Part shown: one piece after another, positions 1-10,700 of the stretch
How positions within the stretch are numbered: position 1 is the first letter of the stretch
Layout of the letters: every line of letters starts with the position of its first letter
Source of the DNA: Schizochytrium sp. TIO01
Lineage: Eukaryota; Protista; Bigyra: Labyrinthulomycetes
Length of the DNA stretch: 64,000 nt
Direction of reading: 5' to 3'
Assembly: GCA_004764695.1 (NCBI GenBank)
Contig: SMSO01000025.1
Coordinates: forward strand, 3,534,001 to 3,598,000
Translations under genes and position numbers: made by a program
The notes under the pieces: model-generated
The model's input: the letters and a program-made list of their open reading frames with translations, nothing else
The model's database searches: none
Told to the model about the DNA's origin: nothing

Positions 1-3000
1 CGTATCACGAATCACATCCCACATAAACCGTTGAGACAGTGCATCGACTCCGCTCGTAGGTTCATCCAGAATGATTACTTCGGGAGACCCAAGCATTGCA
101 ATTGCTGCTGAAAGTTTACGCTTATTTCCTCCGGACAGGTGCTTTGCAATCACATTTTTGAACTTCATAAGTTGCATTCGCTCAATACTTGTGCGCACAG
201 CTTTATGTACATCAGACAGTCCACGAATCTGCGCGTACATGGTCAAATGTTCCTGAACAGTCAGAAGATCATACAGAGCATCGTGTTGAGGGCAGTAGCC
301 AAGAGATCTTCGCGCTTTAGTAAGTTGAGTTCGCACACTGGAACCTAAAATTGTTGCTGTACCAGCTGTGGCGGTTTCTCCACCTGTTAGAATGCGGATG
401 GTTGTACTCTTACCTGCGCCATTCACACCGAGATAGCCAAATACTTCACCTCGACGAATACCTAGCCATAGGTCATCAACAGCTACCTTCTGATCATATC
501 GTTTCGTAAGTCCAAGAATTTGAACGGCATCATCCTTTGTGGAATTGACGCGAGCACGCTCTACCTGGACATCTAAAGATCCTTGAACCATAAGCCTGTT
601 CTCTAATACCTCCATACGCGTAGGAACATGGTTTTCGGGCTTTGGATGAGACATCTCATCGTCCTTCAATGACGCGGAGCTATCACTAACTTCAACTTCG
701 ATTTCATCAAATTCTTTGGAAAAAGTAGCAGGCACAATCTCAGTACCTCCTGTTCCTACGCTATGTCTTGGAGAAGATCCTAAGGCTGCTACTGTTTGTG
801 CAGGCGCTGCATTTGCAGTGAGACTGCTGTTGTTAGCAATCACTTCAGTAGAAACAGGAGGTTCCTCCGCTACTAGGGCAGCTGCAGCAGCGTTAACATT
901 CTTGAGATGCTTTTTTGCAATGGCGTCCGACCGAAGACAGGAAACACTCGAAGGCAACTCACGAAACGTAACATACAGCCAGCAGACAACACCGACACCT
1001 AGTAGATAGCCTACACTAATAAGGGTATTATCAAATGATGGCTCGTATCTGCCTTCAATACTTGTCATGTTTGTCACATTCGCCAGAGCCAAGGTAACGG
1101 CTGTCTGAGACGCATCCGAAACCGGTTCTGGAAATAGGTTTGTGCAAAGCCCAAAGGTTGCCCAGGGATTGTTTGATGCACAATCGGTGACAACCTCAGT
1201 TTGTAACCGGAGTAAGCCATCAGCAAACGCGTATCCCGGGAAGAATGAGAAGCAATACCGCAGATAGTCATCTGCAAGTGTTACAGAGGATATCGAACCA
1301 ATATCCAGATGAACCACCTTCAAGACATAAACTAACACAGAAAGTGCCCCACCGGTAATGATTTGAAATAAAACCATCACAACCAAAGCATCTGCATGAT
1401 TCCGGAAGGAGAAACTCATCGCGTATGCCAAAGGCACGCATACAAATACAAATGCAAGAGTCAGAACGGTTGCTTGCTGAATCACTGTTGTTGCATATGT
1501 AAGCGAGCTCAAACTTGCGTACATAAGCACGAAAGGCAAAGAAACAACAGGTAGGACAGTAGAAAACTGATCAAAAACATAATGAGCTCCCCAATATGTA
1601 GAACGATATACACCATTGACAAGTTGTTGAAATTTAGTTTGCCGGTCAGCTTCAGTCTCAAGCACGGCAAATGCGATCACTGAACCTGGAGGAAAGAGAA
1701 ATCCCAAAAACAGAACTAAGGTACGTACAAATGCATTGACATACTCTTGAATCACACCGAGAGAGCGATAATTACAATACTCATTGTAATTGAGTTTTCC
1801 AGTATTGCTAAAGAGATAGATAGGGTCTAGCGGCGTAGCAGATTGACAAAGATAGAAGGGCGACTTATGGTTTCGAGGATTGCAACATTCACTTGCATCA
1901 CAAAGCCATGGCAATGCATAACAGTAACTATATGTATGTACATAACAATTGAGCTGCTCCCGCTGTGCATCTTGAACCTCGACACATTGCGGAAGTTCAT
2001 CAATACAGGCTTCCCATTGGCTTGTCAATGTAGTTGATGCAGTAGTAGTGTTGATCTGAGGACAGCAAGTACGATTCACCATGTCAACAGCTTCATTTGA
2101 GTCAGTATACTCAACAGGGTTAGTGTTTGTATCCACCCAGCCGTAAGCACCGCTTGGAATAGCCGCAAGACAGGCATCCGTGCCCATAGGGGCGTCGGCG
2201 CCATCGCTTGAACTGAGCAACGAATAAATTCGAAGCTCAGGGATAAGTAATAGTGCGCAGCAGAACAATACAGGTAGAATAATAAGCATTGCAAAAGCTT
2301 TAGCATCACGAGCTGCACATCGCAGGCGCTTGATAAAAAGAATTGCCCAGAATGCGCGGAACTTGCGTTTTTCCGTTTCTCGATAAGGTTCGACTTTCCG
2401 TAAGCGCTCGATACTCATATCCTCTTCCGCATGTGCGGCTGCAACTTTAAGAAATACCTGCTCTAGAGTGCTAATGGAGATTGATACAGTGCAGCGCATT
2501 TCACCTTCCAAACGTCGTAAAAGGTTTGGGAAAAGCTTTACGGTAGAAAATGGAAGACCAAATGTCACTTCACTCGATCTCGACGCGTCCATATTTTCGC
2601 GAAGATATTCCGAGGTTGGGATTGAGGTCTGCACAACTTTGGCAATCTCTTCAGGGGTCCGAACAGTCTCGGCCGGGATTCCTACCGTCAGTCGATATCC
2701 ATCACCATAGCGCTTCTTCAAATCAAGAGACGTGCCTTCACAGCACAAAGCACCATTTGCAATGATAGCAATTTTGTCGCCAAGAACATCAGCCTCGTCG
2801 AGGAAGTGAGTGGTTAGAAGAATTGCTCGCCCATGGCGATTCTTTTGAATAACCTCCCAGCAAGACCGACGTGAAACTGGATCAACACCTGCGGTCATTT
2901 CGTCCAAGAAAACAACCTCAGTGTCACCAATCAAAGCAATGGCAAGACACAGTTTGCGACGCTGACCACCACTCAATGTTCGAGCTTGAAAATGAAGCTT

Positions 3001-5019
3001 TTCGGACAACTTCAGATCGTGAAGTAGACGGCGAGTCGCATTCAAATCGAGAGGTTTGCCACGAAGTGCAGAAAACAGCTCCAAGTGTTGTTTGACAGTA
3101 AGTGATGCAAAAAGAATGTCATGCTGTGGGCACCAGCCAAGCTTCTTTCTAATTCTGTGCATGTCTTTCCGAATCGATGTGCCAAATACAAAGACATCAC
3201 CTGAGGTTGGCATGAGCATACCCGTGAGCATTTGAATCAATGTGCTTTTGCCTGCTCCATTTGCTCCAAGGAGTGCTGTTACCTGATCCTTCTCAAAACT
3301 AAGTGAAAGGTCATTCACTGCCCTCCGTTTAGATAGGAAACCATTCATGCGGAAGTCTTTGCAGAGGTGCTGAATAGAAACAGAATTGCGCATGTTCAGC
3401 TCCGGTATGGATGATGACGATGTTGAAGAAATGCTATCTGAATCACAAGAGGCCTCGGTATCAGTAGGCGATGTTGCATCTGAAAGTCGAGCAGTGTATG
3501 GTTCTTTAATGAGCGCGCTATTTTCTTTTGATGTTCTGGCGCGTGGCCATGTACAATAGCGGCATTGAGCGCAGCGAACAAGAGCACGCCAAGCACGGCG
3601 CGCCCAGGGATAGAGAGGCTGAATAACAAAGTCAGGCCGAAGCCGTACACCGTAGTCCTGAGGAATGACCTTCTCTAAGTACCACGCAACACTAATATAA
3701 ACAACACCGGCAACAACAAGACGTTTAGAAGCAGTCGTGATATCAATCATATCTCCAAGGGGATCTTCTGAATATATTGCAGCTGCGCGAGCAAATCCGC
3801 TACCCAATGAAGCATCCTCAAACATTGTGTTGACGGCGAGTGCAAGGCACACAGGAGCAATGAAGCAGCCATTTGCTTGTTCGTTGAGATCTTTGGTGCG
3901 AATAAAGTAAAAGGAAGCAAAGTACAACACGTATGCGACGCATACACAGGCAATCGCAGCAGGGCGTGTCTTATTAAAAAACACTGCAATCAGAAATGCC
4001 AGCCCACACATGGAGAACACAAATGTTAAGAACAAAATAGACAGCTCACCGATACCGTTGTTGGGAAAAACCGCGCCATACTTTGTCAAAAGAGCAGCAC
4101 CGATCACTAGTATAAGATATTTGAGCATGAAGGTAATCACCCATGTACTAATGTGAACCCAATCCTGCATACCTGAAATGCGCAAGGCCTCCTTCATCCG
4201 TGTTTGTTTCTCAGAAACTAGAGACACGGTCATGTTGGCGAGAGGGTATGTGAAGGTGATAAGAAAGAACAAACCACCAAAGGGACGTAAATTCTGGTAA
4301 ATCATCTTTCTGTTTGTGTCAGGAGTAGTAAATTTTAGAGTTAGCCCAAGCCACTCTACCGTATAATATGTTGTAGTCATTGAAGTAAATCCCAAGAGCA
4401 CTCCAGCGAGAATACCAACAAGTAACAAAGCGAAAATTTGTGAGAAGAATACTGCAAAAAACTGTCGCTTCCATAGGATGAAATTCTTCTTCAGTAGAGC
4501 TCCAAACCCAGTGTATCTAAAAACAGTAATACCTAAAATTGCGAGAAGCACAAAGCTACCCACGACACAGATTAGCGTAATGTACGGAATAACCGGCGAA
4601 GAGCAGTCATAGGCATCAAAGACAATGTCATCCAAGAGGGTTTTACATTCCGCATCGAACGATGAATTTGAAGATAACTGGCAACTAGTGGCTTTGTTCA
4701 ACGCTGCGCAGCATGCGCTATTTGGTGTTGCAGGATCGTCTCCACATGGGCTTGTTGAACTCACTCCGTTCAAGTTAGTATAGTTTTCATATGACTCCCA
4801 ATCTTCGTAGTAAAATGGTGAGATTGTTGGTGCAAATGAGGCAATCTGGTATTGTACAACGCCACTCTCGTTTAGACATGCTGCGTATTCAGGATCTTGT
4901 TTTTGTAAGCTATCAAATGTGATCGTGTCTATGGAGTTTGTGTCAAAGCATGTCTCCAGCTGTGCTTCCAGCTCAGCTGTCGAACTACTTGATGTCGAAC
5001 TGCTTGAACTGTTTGACAT
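1..5019 (-). CDS. ABC transporter subfamily A, full transporter (TMD-NBD-TMD-NBD); 3' end lies beyond the left edge of the window
   Basis: Manual minus-strand translation from ATG at 5019 (MSNSSSSSTSSSSTAELEAQLETCF...) was stop-free in every segment I checked down to base 1. It is absent from the ORF track because there is no stop in the window. NBD1: Walker A ALLGANGAGKST (~3240-3275), signature LSGGQRRKL (~2950-2977), VFLDEMTAGVDP. NBD2: GYLGVNGAGKST (~405-440), IILDEPTSGVDALSQRFMWDVI (~10-75). ABCA motifs LLKKNFILWKR and EKQTRMKEALRISGM are present. Confidence 0.95.
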   Translation of the reverse strand, partial: MSNSSSSSTSSSSTAELEAQLETCFDTNSIDTITFDSLQKQDPEYAACLNESGVVQYQIASFAPTISPFYYEDWESYENYTNLNGVSSTSPCGDDPATPNSACCAALNKATSCQLSSNSSFDAECKTLLDDIVFDAYDCSSPVIPYITLICVVGSFVLLAILGITVFRYTGFGALLKKNFILWKRQFFAVFFSQIFALLLVGILAGVLLGFTSMTTTYYTVEWLGLTLKFTTPDTNRKMIYQNLRPFGGLFFLITFTYPLANMTVSLVSEKQTRMKEALRISGMQDWVHISTWVITFMLKYLILVIGAALLTKYGAVFPNNGIGELSILFLTFVFSMCGLAFLIAVFFNKTRPAAIACVCVAYVLYFASFYFIRTKDLNEQANGCFIAPVCLALAVNTMFEDASLGSGFARAAAIYSEDPLGDMIDITTASKRLVVAGVVYISVAWYLEKVIPQDYGVRLRPDFVIQPLYPWARRAWRALVRCAQCRYCTWPRARTSKENSALIKEPYTARLSDATSPTDTEASCDSDSISSTSSSSIPELNMRNSVSIQHLCKDFRMNGFLSKRRAVNDLSLSFEKDQVTALLGANGAGKSTLIQMLTGMLMPTSGDVFVFGTSIRKDMHRIRKKLGWCPQHDILFASLTVKQHLELFSALRGKPLDLNATRRLLHDLKLSEKLHFQARTLSGGQRRKLCLAIALIGDTEVVFLDEMTAGVDPVSRRSCWEVIQKNRHGRAILLTTHFLDEADVLGDKIAIIANGALCCEGTSLDLKKRYGDGYRLTVGIPAETVRTPEEIAKVVQTSIPTSEYLRENMDASRSSEVTFGLPFSTVKLFPNLLRRLEGEMRCTVSISISTLEQVFLKVAAAHAEEDMSIERLRKVEPYRETEKRKFRAFWAILFIKRLRCAARDAKAFAMLIILPVLFCCALLLIPELRIYSLLSSSDGADAPMGTDACLAAIPSGAYGWVDTNTNPVEYTDSNEAVDMVNRTCCPQINTTTASTTLTSQWEACIDELPQCVEVQDAQREQLNCYVHTYSYCYALPWLCDASECCNPRNHKSPFYLCQSATPLDPIYLFSNTGKLNYNEYCNYRSLGVIQEYVNAFVRTLVLFLGFLFPPGSVIAFAVLETEADRQTKFQQLVNGVYRSTYWGAHYVFDQFSTVLPVVSLPFVLMYASLSSLTYATTVIQQATVLTLAFVFVCVPLAYAMSFSFRNHADALVVMVLFQIITGGALSVLVYVLKVVHLDIGSISSVTLADDYLRYCFSFFPGYAFADGLLRLQTEVVTDCASNNPWATFGLCTNLFPEPVSDASQTAVTLALANVTNMTSIEGRYEPSFDNTLISVGYLLGVGVVCWLYVTFRELPSSVSCLRSDAIAKKHLKNVNAAAAALVAEEPPVSTEVIANNSSLTANAAPAQTVAALGSSPRHSVGTGGTEIVPATFSKEFDEIEVEVSDSSASLKDDEMSHPKPENHVPTRMEVLENRLMVQGSLDVQVERARVNSTKDDAVQILGLTKRYDQKVAVDDLWLGIRRGEVFGYLGVNGAGKSTTIRILTGGETATAGTATILGSSVRTQLTKARRSLGYCPQHDALYDLLTVQEHLTMYAQIRGLSDVHKAVRTSIERMQLMKFKNVIAKHLSGGNKRKLSAAIAMLGSPEVIILDEPTSGVDALSQRFMWDVIRDT

Positions 5020-6514
5020 TTTCTCTATTATACGTGCACAGCCACTGTATTCTTTGATACCCTGCTGTACCTTTTTACTTTGTGTACAACCCTGGCTCCC
5101 GAGTTCCTCAGCTGCTTGCTCAATATGGCTGTCACGATGAGTAAGCAGGCAAGCAAACAAGCCTGCAACTAAGCGATAAACCAAAAACCACTCAGTAAAT
5201 CAATTAAGTTATTTGCCGGCCCACCCGGGCTTCAGCCTCGCCTTGCCCTCCGCGATCAAGATTTGTCTGTCAACCTATCGTAGTCTGTCCCTTCGACAGC
5301 TATTTGCTTGTCTGAGCTCGTGCTGCCTGATCACTGCAGTCTTCCCCCACTCTTCGTGCTCCGCAGAAAGGAAACACACCTAAAAAAAAAAGGGGAACCC
5401 GCAGTCCTCGATCTCCTACGGATCAGTATTCAAGTGCTAACAGAAAGTGATAGCAAGGGGCTTAACTACTTTCTTCCTTTCTCCTTTTAACAGGAACTCC
5501 AGAGCACTCGCCACTCAGCCCTCGCCGCTCCGACCGCCTTGCAGGACGCGTGAAAAGCCAAGTGCTTGATCAATTGATCGTTTCTTCTGCAACGCTTGGC
5601 AGCTGGCTTCGCCGTTGCGCTCTTTGTGCCCTCGGCCTCCCTCTCGTGGAGACACTGGCCTATAACTCACTACGGAGTTCGTGTCACGGGACCTCCGATG
5701 GGCGATCGAGAGCAAAGAGTTTAGGCTGACGGAGACGCTTGCTTTTTAAAAAAGGACTCTTGTTGTGGGTTTGCACCCTCCTCGCTTGGTTGTTAAAGCG
5801 CGTGAGATGGATTGTTTTAACGAAGAAGCCGCTAGATGTGACGATTAGTACGTTGCAGACGGGGCCGCGCGGGTGTCTGTATCGAGTAGGATAAGTCTTT
5901 GAATGGGGTTTGCTTTGATTACTTTTGGTAAGGTTGATCTTTTGCTGAGAATATATGCAATGCCACTCTGCTGCTTTGGACCTGGTCGTCACGCGCTTGA
6001 TCAGTGGTGGTGCGGACGATATAATACCGCTCGGTCTCTTATAATGTAGGCTAGATTTAATGCGAAGCGCACAAGTCGAAAAAGCGAATTTACTGCTGAT
6101 GAGAGATAGCCTTTTTTTCCCCGTAAATCAGACTTCTCCTGAGTACCCAGATTTGCTCTTCGTGTCTGCAAAGCGCCACCTATGACGAGTATAGCCGACA
6201 AGCACAGAGATAGCTAGCTAGCTACACACACACCTACAAGATCGAAGCCGCAAGCCTACGTGAAGCTTTGCAGCTGCCAGAAATTTGAAATATAGATTCG
6301 ATTCCAGTTTTGCTGCCACCTCTCAGGAGCAAACCCTTCAGCAAACCTATGGTCGTCCACCTCAATTTCGTGAGTATTGCTAAGCGCAGAGTTCTTGCCT
6401 GAGCTTGTCCTCGTCACCGGCCTCTACTAGAACGAAGATTAGGTATGAAAAGTAGTAGTAGGTAGTACAAATACGGAGAATAAGATGACCGAACTGCTCA
6501 AGAGCCTTTGCTTT

Positions 6515-6561
6515 TGCTGCTCTTGCTGCTGCTCTTGCTGCTGCCCTCGCTGCCGCCCTCG
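6515..6561. repeat. Short degenerate 12-bp tandem repeat (TGCTGCTGCTCT-like, ~4 units)
   Basis: tgctgctct tgctgctgctct tgctgctgccct cgctgccgccct; encodes AAAR x3-4 on the minus strand. Confidence 0.7.
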
Positions 6562-7756
6562 GTACCAGTATCGTCTCTGCTGCGTCCAACGCGCCGTCAA
6601 CCTTGTGGACGCCGATCAGACCTCCGATAGCGATTTGAACACGAGGAACTGGGGTTTTGAATTTGAGTAGTTCAATCTTTCTCCTTCAGTCTTTACAATC
6701 GCTAATTTGCGATGAGCGGACGTGCGGCGGCCCGATCTCAAATCAGGCGTGCTCGAGGATAAGCGCAAGCTTAGCAGCTGCTTCGCAAGCAATAGACCCC
6801 TCGATCGAGTCAGTCTCCGGCACGATTTGGAGTTTGCGAGTTTCGACGAAGCTGCCGAATGAATATTTTGTGTTTGCGAGGAACCAGTCAAAAAGACAAA
6901 AAGAGAAGAGAACAACTAGCCGAATTGAAAAAGGGAAAAAGAACAGGAATTGAAATAGAGGGATTGATCGAGCAAAACTAGTCAGCCAATTATCGAGAAG
7001 CAGGGGAGAGAACGCTCTACTTGTTTTTAGCAGAGGGGAGGTTAATCGATTAATCAAATCCACTTTTAGGTTGCTTCTGTTTTGATTTTATTGGAAACAT
7101 TTCTTCCTGTGAATCATTCAAGTTGAGTACTTCTCGAAAAGAAAAGAAAGAGGGCCGAAGTATTATATTACATTAAAAAATAATCGAGAACTCTGAAAAT
7201 CTCTAGGTGTATAACAAAATGTACCACTAAACCAAACTCTAGTCACAGTCCAAGGAAATATTTCCGGTCGGTCTTCGAGCCGAACACCATAACTTTCCTT
7301 CACATGCCATCTACCGGATGGTAGCTCTGCAGCCGTTTGCACCTTTGCTGCGGACTCTTTTTCCTGTTTCGTTTATTTATTGGTTTTTCATCTGAGTTTT
7401 TGGGCTTCCCTCCGCTTGTCCGCTAGCTGTCTAAGGTAGATAAGGGAGAAATGCTAGCAGTAAGAGGAACTGCCGTTTGCGAGCTTCTTGGCCCTCTTGA
7501 GAAGCGAAATGACGCCAGCCACGGACGCCTAATTCCCTTCCTGTAAAGAAGCGCGAAGATGGACAGTTAAAACTAATCGAAGATTATGAATGCGTCATGG
7601 TGCCTTAGAACCAGGATTACGGGCAACATTGTGGCACCTCGCACAGTGCTTTCTACTTCTTTTTGTCACGAGCTATATTAAGTTTTTAAAATTCATTTAC
7701 TAAATAAATTTTAATTAATTAAAAAAATAAACTTGCAGTAAAATAATAATAATATT

Positions 7757-7779
7757 AAGAAGAAGAAGAAGAAGAAGAA
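7757..7779. repeat. (AAG)n microsatellite preceded by (AAT)4
   Basis: aataataataat att aagaagaagaagaagaagaagaa read directly. Confidence 0.9.
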
Positions 7780-10700
7780 TATCAGAAATGAATAACTTGA
7801 AGTGTGCTAAGTTCAAAATGTTGAGGAGAAGGAGGGAGACAGGATGACGACGTGCCTGAAACGAACCTTACTTTTTGATGCTCCTCTGTCATGAGTCTGA
7901 CTCATCGCAGACACGAAGCCAACATTCAAGCCGGGCACCTAAGTTCTGGGTTTCTTTGTATTCTTTATATTTTACTGTTTCTTCAATTGATGCGGCAGGA
8001 ACGAGAGGAAGAATACATGACGATGCATGATGATGGTCCAATCATACTGCATATAGGATAACTACTACTTGTTTCACTAGTAACACAGTAGATTGTGCAC
8101 CCCAAAGAAGAAAATATAGAAAGAGAAGAAAAAAGTTCTAAAGCTTTATAATTTATGGTGGAGTAACAAGTTGAGTCTTCTGCAGATCAGTGTGGTTGTG
8201 GGTGGCTCGGTATACGGTGAACAGCTCAGCCATCCACTCTGCCAGCTATCATATGAAATTTATTAGTTGGACAAGTGGAGCTACCCGCCATGAGAATTGC
8301 GCCGCCATTATGGATTCGCAGTGCTCTTCAAGTAATGCTTTTGTTACATGAAGGGATGATGGGACATAAGCCAAGTGTCATTTGAGAACGGCGACTTGAA
8401 AACTTTAGTTCATTTTTTTTTTCTTGGCTTTGAGGTCTTCGAATCACTGTATTAAAAAAGTGCTGGCTCAACGTCCTGGTTCTAGTACCTAGTAGCGACG
8501 TTCATGCAAAGCATAATGTTTGTAGATCAAGTTCCTCTGGCTTTTGTTGGGGTGTTTCTTTTCGTGTATTTTGGCAACCAATTCCTCTGTGTCTGAAATA
8601 TCGGTAGAGCAGTTCTGAGCAAGTCTGGCGTCTTCAATACGTCTGTTGTTCAGGTTCTCACAATAATAATACAAAGTCGCATCTCCATTACTGAGTACCC
8701 TCAATAATCTTTAGCTCCATAACTTCAACCACGGTTTGTTTGCTGTATGGATTATTATGCATAATTTATTGTTTCTTGTAAACTCAATCACTTGAAGATA
8801 GATGTCACTTTTCTACATTGAGAGTACAAAATACATTAGATACCCTACTTTAAAATACTAACACTAATAACTTCCCTGTCCAGTTCAGCCTATCGTCGGT
8901 GGTTTTTGCATTGGCCTCCGAGTTCGTTTTGTTTCGACTGTCCTAAAATGATGAGCAGTAAGCCTCCTTTTCATTAGTAATTCTGCAAGTTCTGCAGCCC
9001 ATGTTCAGGATCAGTCATATAGTTTATGACAGGTAAACACTCTTCATACCTCTCCTTGTGCCTTTAGTTCTGAGAAGTTCCTTTTCTCTTTTAGATGCTT
9101 CAGGAAGCGATGCTGAAGGTTCTGTAGTGTTTATTGAAGGCATTGATCAGAGAAGTTTTGAAAAAAGAAAAGAAAAGAAAAAGGACTAATTGAAGAAGCT
9201 TCGACATCCTTACTGTCCCAGGCGAAGAATTTTCAAGATGAGCACTTTTTAACTTCACTACAGAGAAACGAACCTAGAAGAATATAGTCAATTGGCGCCA
9301 AGTACATTACATAAAGAAGTTACGTACTACACCAACATAGTTAGTTAGTAATAATAAATGTAGTCTTTTGTTTGATGTGCATAGCATCTTCCAATGCTAC
9401 CTTGTCACTTAGTTCTTGAAATCCTTTAAACGTTGATGAAAGCACAAGAGTTTGCTGATGAGCAGCTCGGGTGGCAAACAAGGAAGTGTGCGTGGCAGTT
9501 GAGTAACAGGTAGTTTCTAAGTGCTCACAACCGCGCTGTCCACTCGGCCATTTTGCTGGTTGCAGATAAGTCTCTCGTTAAATAAAGGTGCCATTGTCAA
9601 CTCTCTTCTCAACCTTACAATCTAAGCAGCCAAGCCAGTACTAATTCGGTTTAAAAGCATGTTCTAGTCCTTCATGTGAAATGTCTTTCTGTGCTGATAA
9701 GGTAGCCACTAGAAAGCGTGCCTGTGCGGGGACCACAACAGAGAATGAGACAGCAAACCCACTGTCTCGAAACTGACGATTCTTTTATCAGGGTGTTTCC
9801 ATACCTACTGTACTTGGTGCTTTCTTTTATAATTCTAAAACTGTTCTTGGGTGTGCGGAGTTGAATGATGTTGGTGCCTCCTCTCAACTCCCGCTTCCCA
9901 AACCAACGCTTCTAACCAGTGTTGACAAAGACTAGGCTCCTAGTTCGATCAGATTTTTTTTTTTTAATGCAGCCCAATTCTGCCTCGCTAGGAGACAGTG
10001 GTGCTGTACCAGATGAATACGTCTATATCACGTTCGCAGTGGCGAGATGTGTTAGTGATCGACCTTCGCTGATGTTGGTCTCATCACCTTTGGCCATCAA
10101 GGTTTACTTACTCCATCCAACGGCTCCATATTTCTTGCCGCTTTTGTGGTTCTCAAAGTTTTTTACTTTTTTTTACTTTTTTTCCCTTTTTCTTTCAAAA
10201 TTTGTTTTACAAGTTAATTTTAAAACAAAACAAAACATCTGAGACAATTCCTGCTAGGAGAAGGTATAAAAGCACTAATATTGCCTACATGCTATGGCCA
10301 TGATGATGCAAGCGAAAGACACTGTTGTGTCCCTCAACTGTTGTTCGCTTTTGTTGCTGCTTTAAGTCGGCGATTCGGGGAGGCACCATTTGCATCTCTT
10401 CTAGCGATGAGCACGCACACTTTCAAACAGAAGAAACATGGTGTATTGAACTACGGCGCTCCACATCGGCCCCTCTGGCCCGTGGCATGTCGGGTAAGTG
10501 AGCGAGGTGCCACATAGTACGTTAGAAACAGCATTTCTTGTGTTCTATGTAATTAATTAGCTACTAGGTACTTCATTGAGTAGTTGTTGTGCTTTTAAAA
10601 GTTGAAAGGTTTTAACTCAGTACCCCTGACTATTGATAACATAGGGAGTAGGAAGGTACTTACGTTTTTTTACTTTTCATTTTTATACCTCTTAAACTTG

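Noticed and set aside
71-5140. Short ORFs listed over the first 5 kb
   Set aside because: All are antisense or out-of-frame shadows of the ABCA coding sequence
8489-8704. 71-aa minus-strand ORF resembling a protein fragment
   Set aside because: Non-ATG start, short, no recognisable motif; cannot be supported without a homology search
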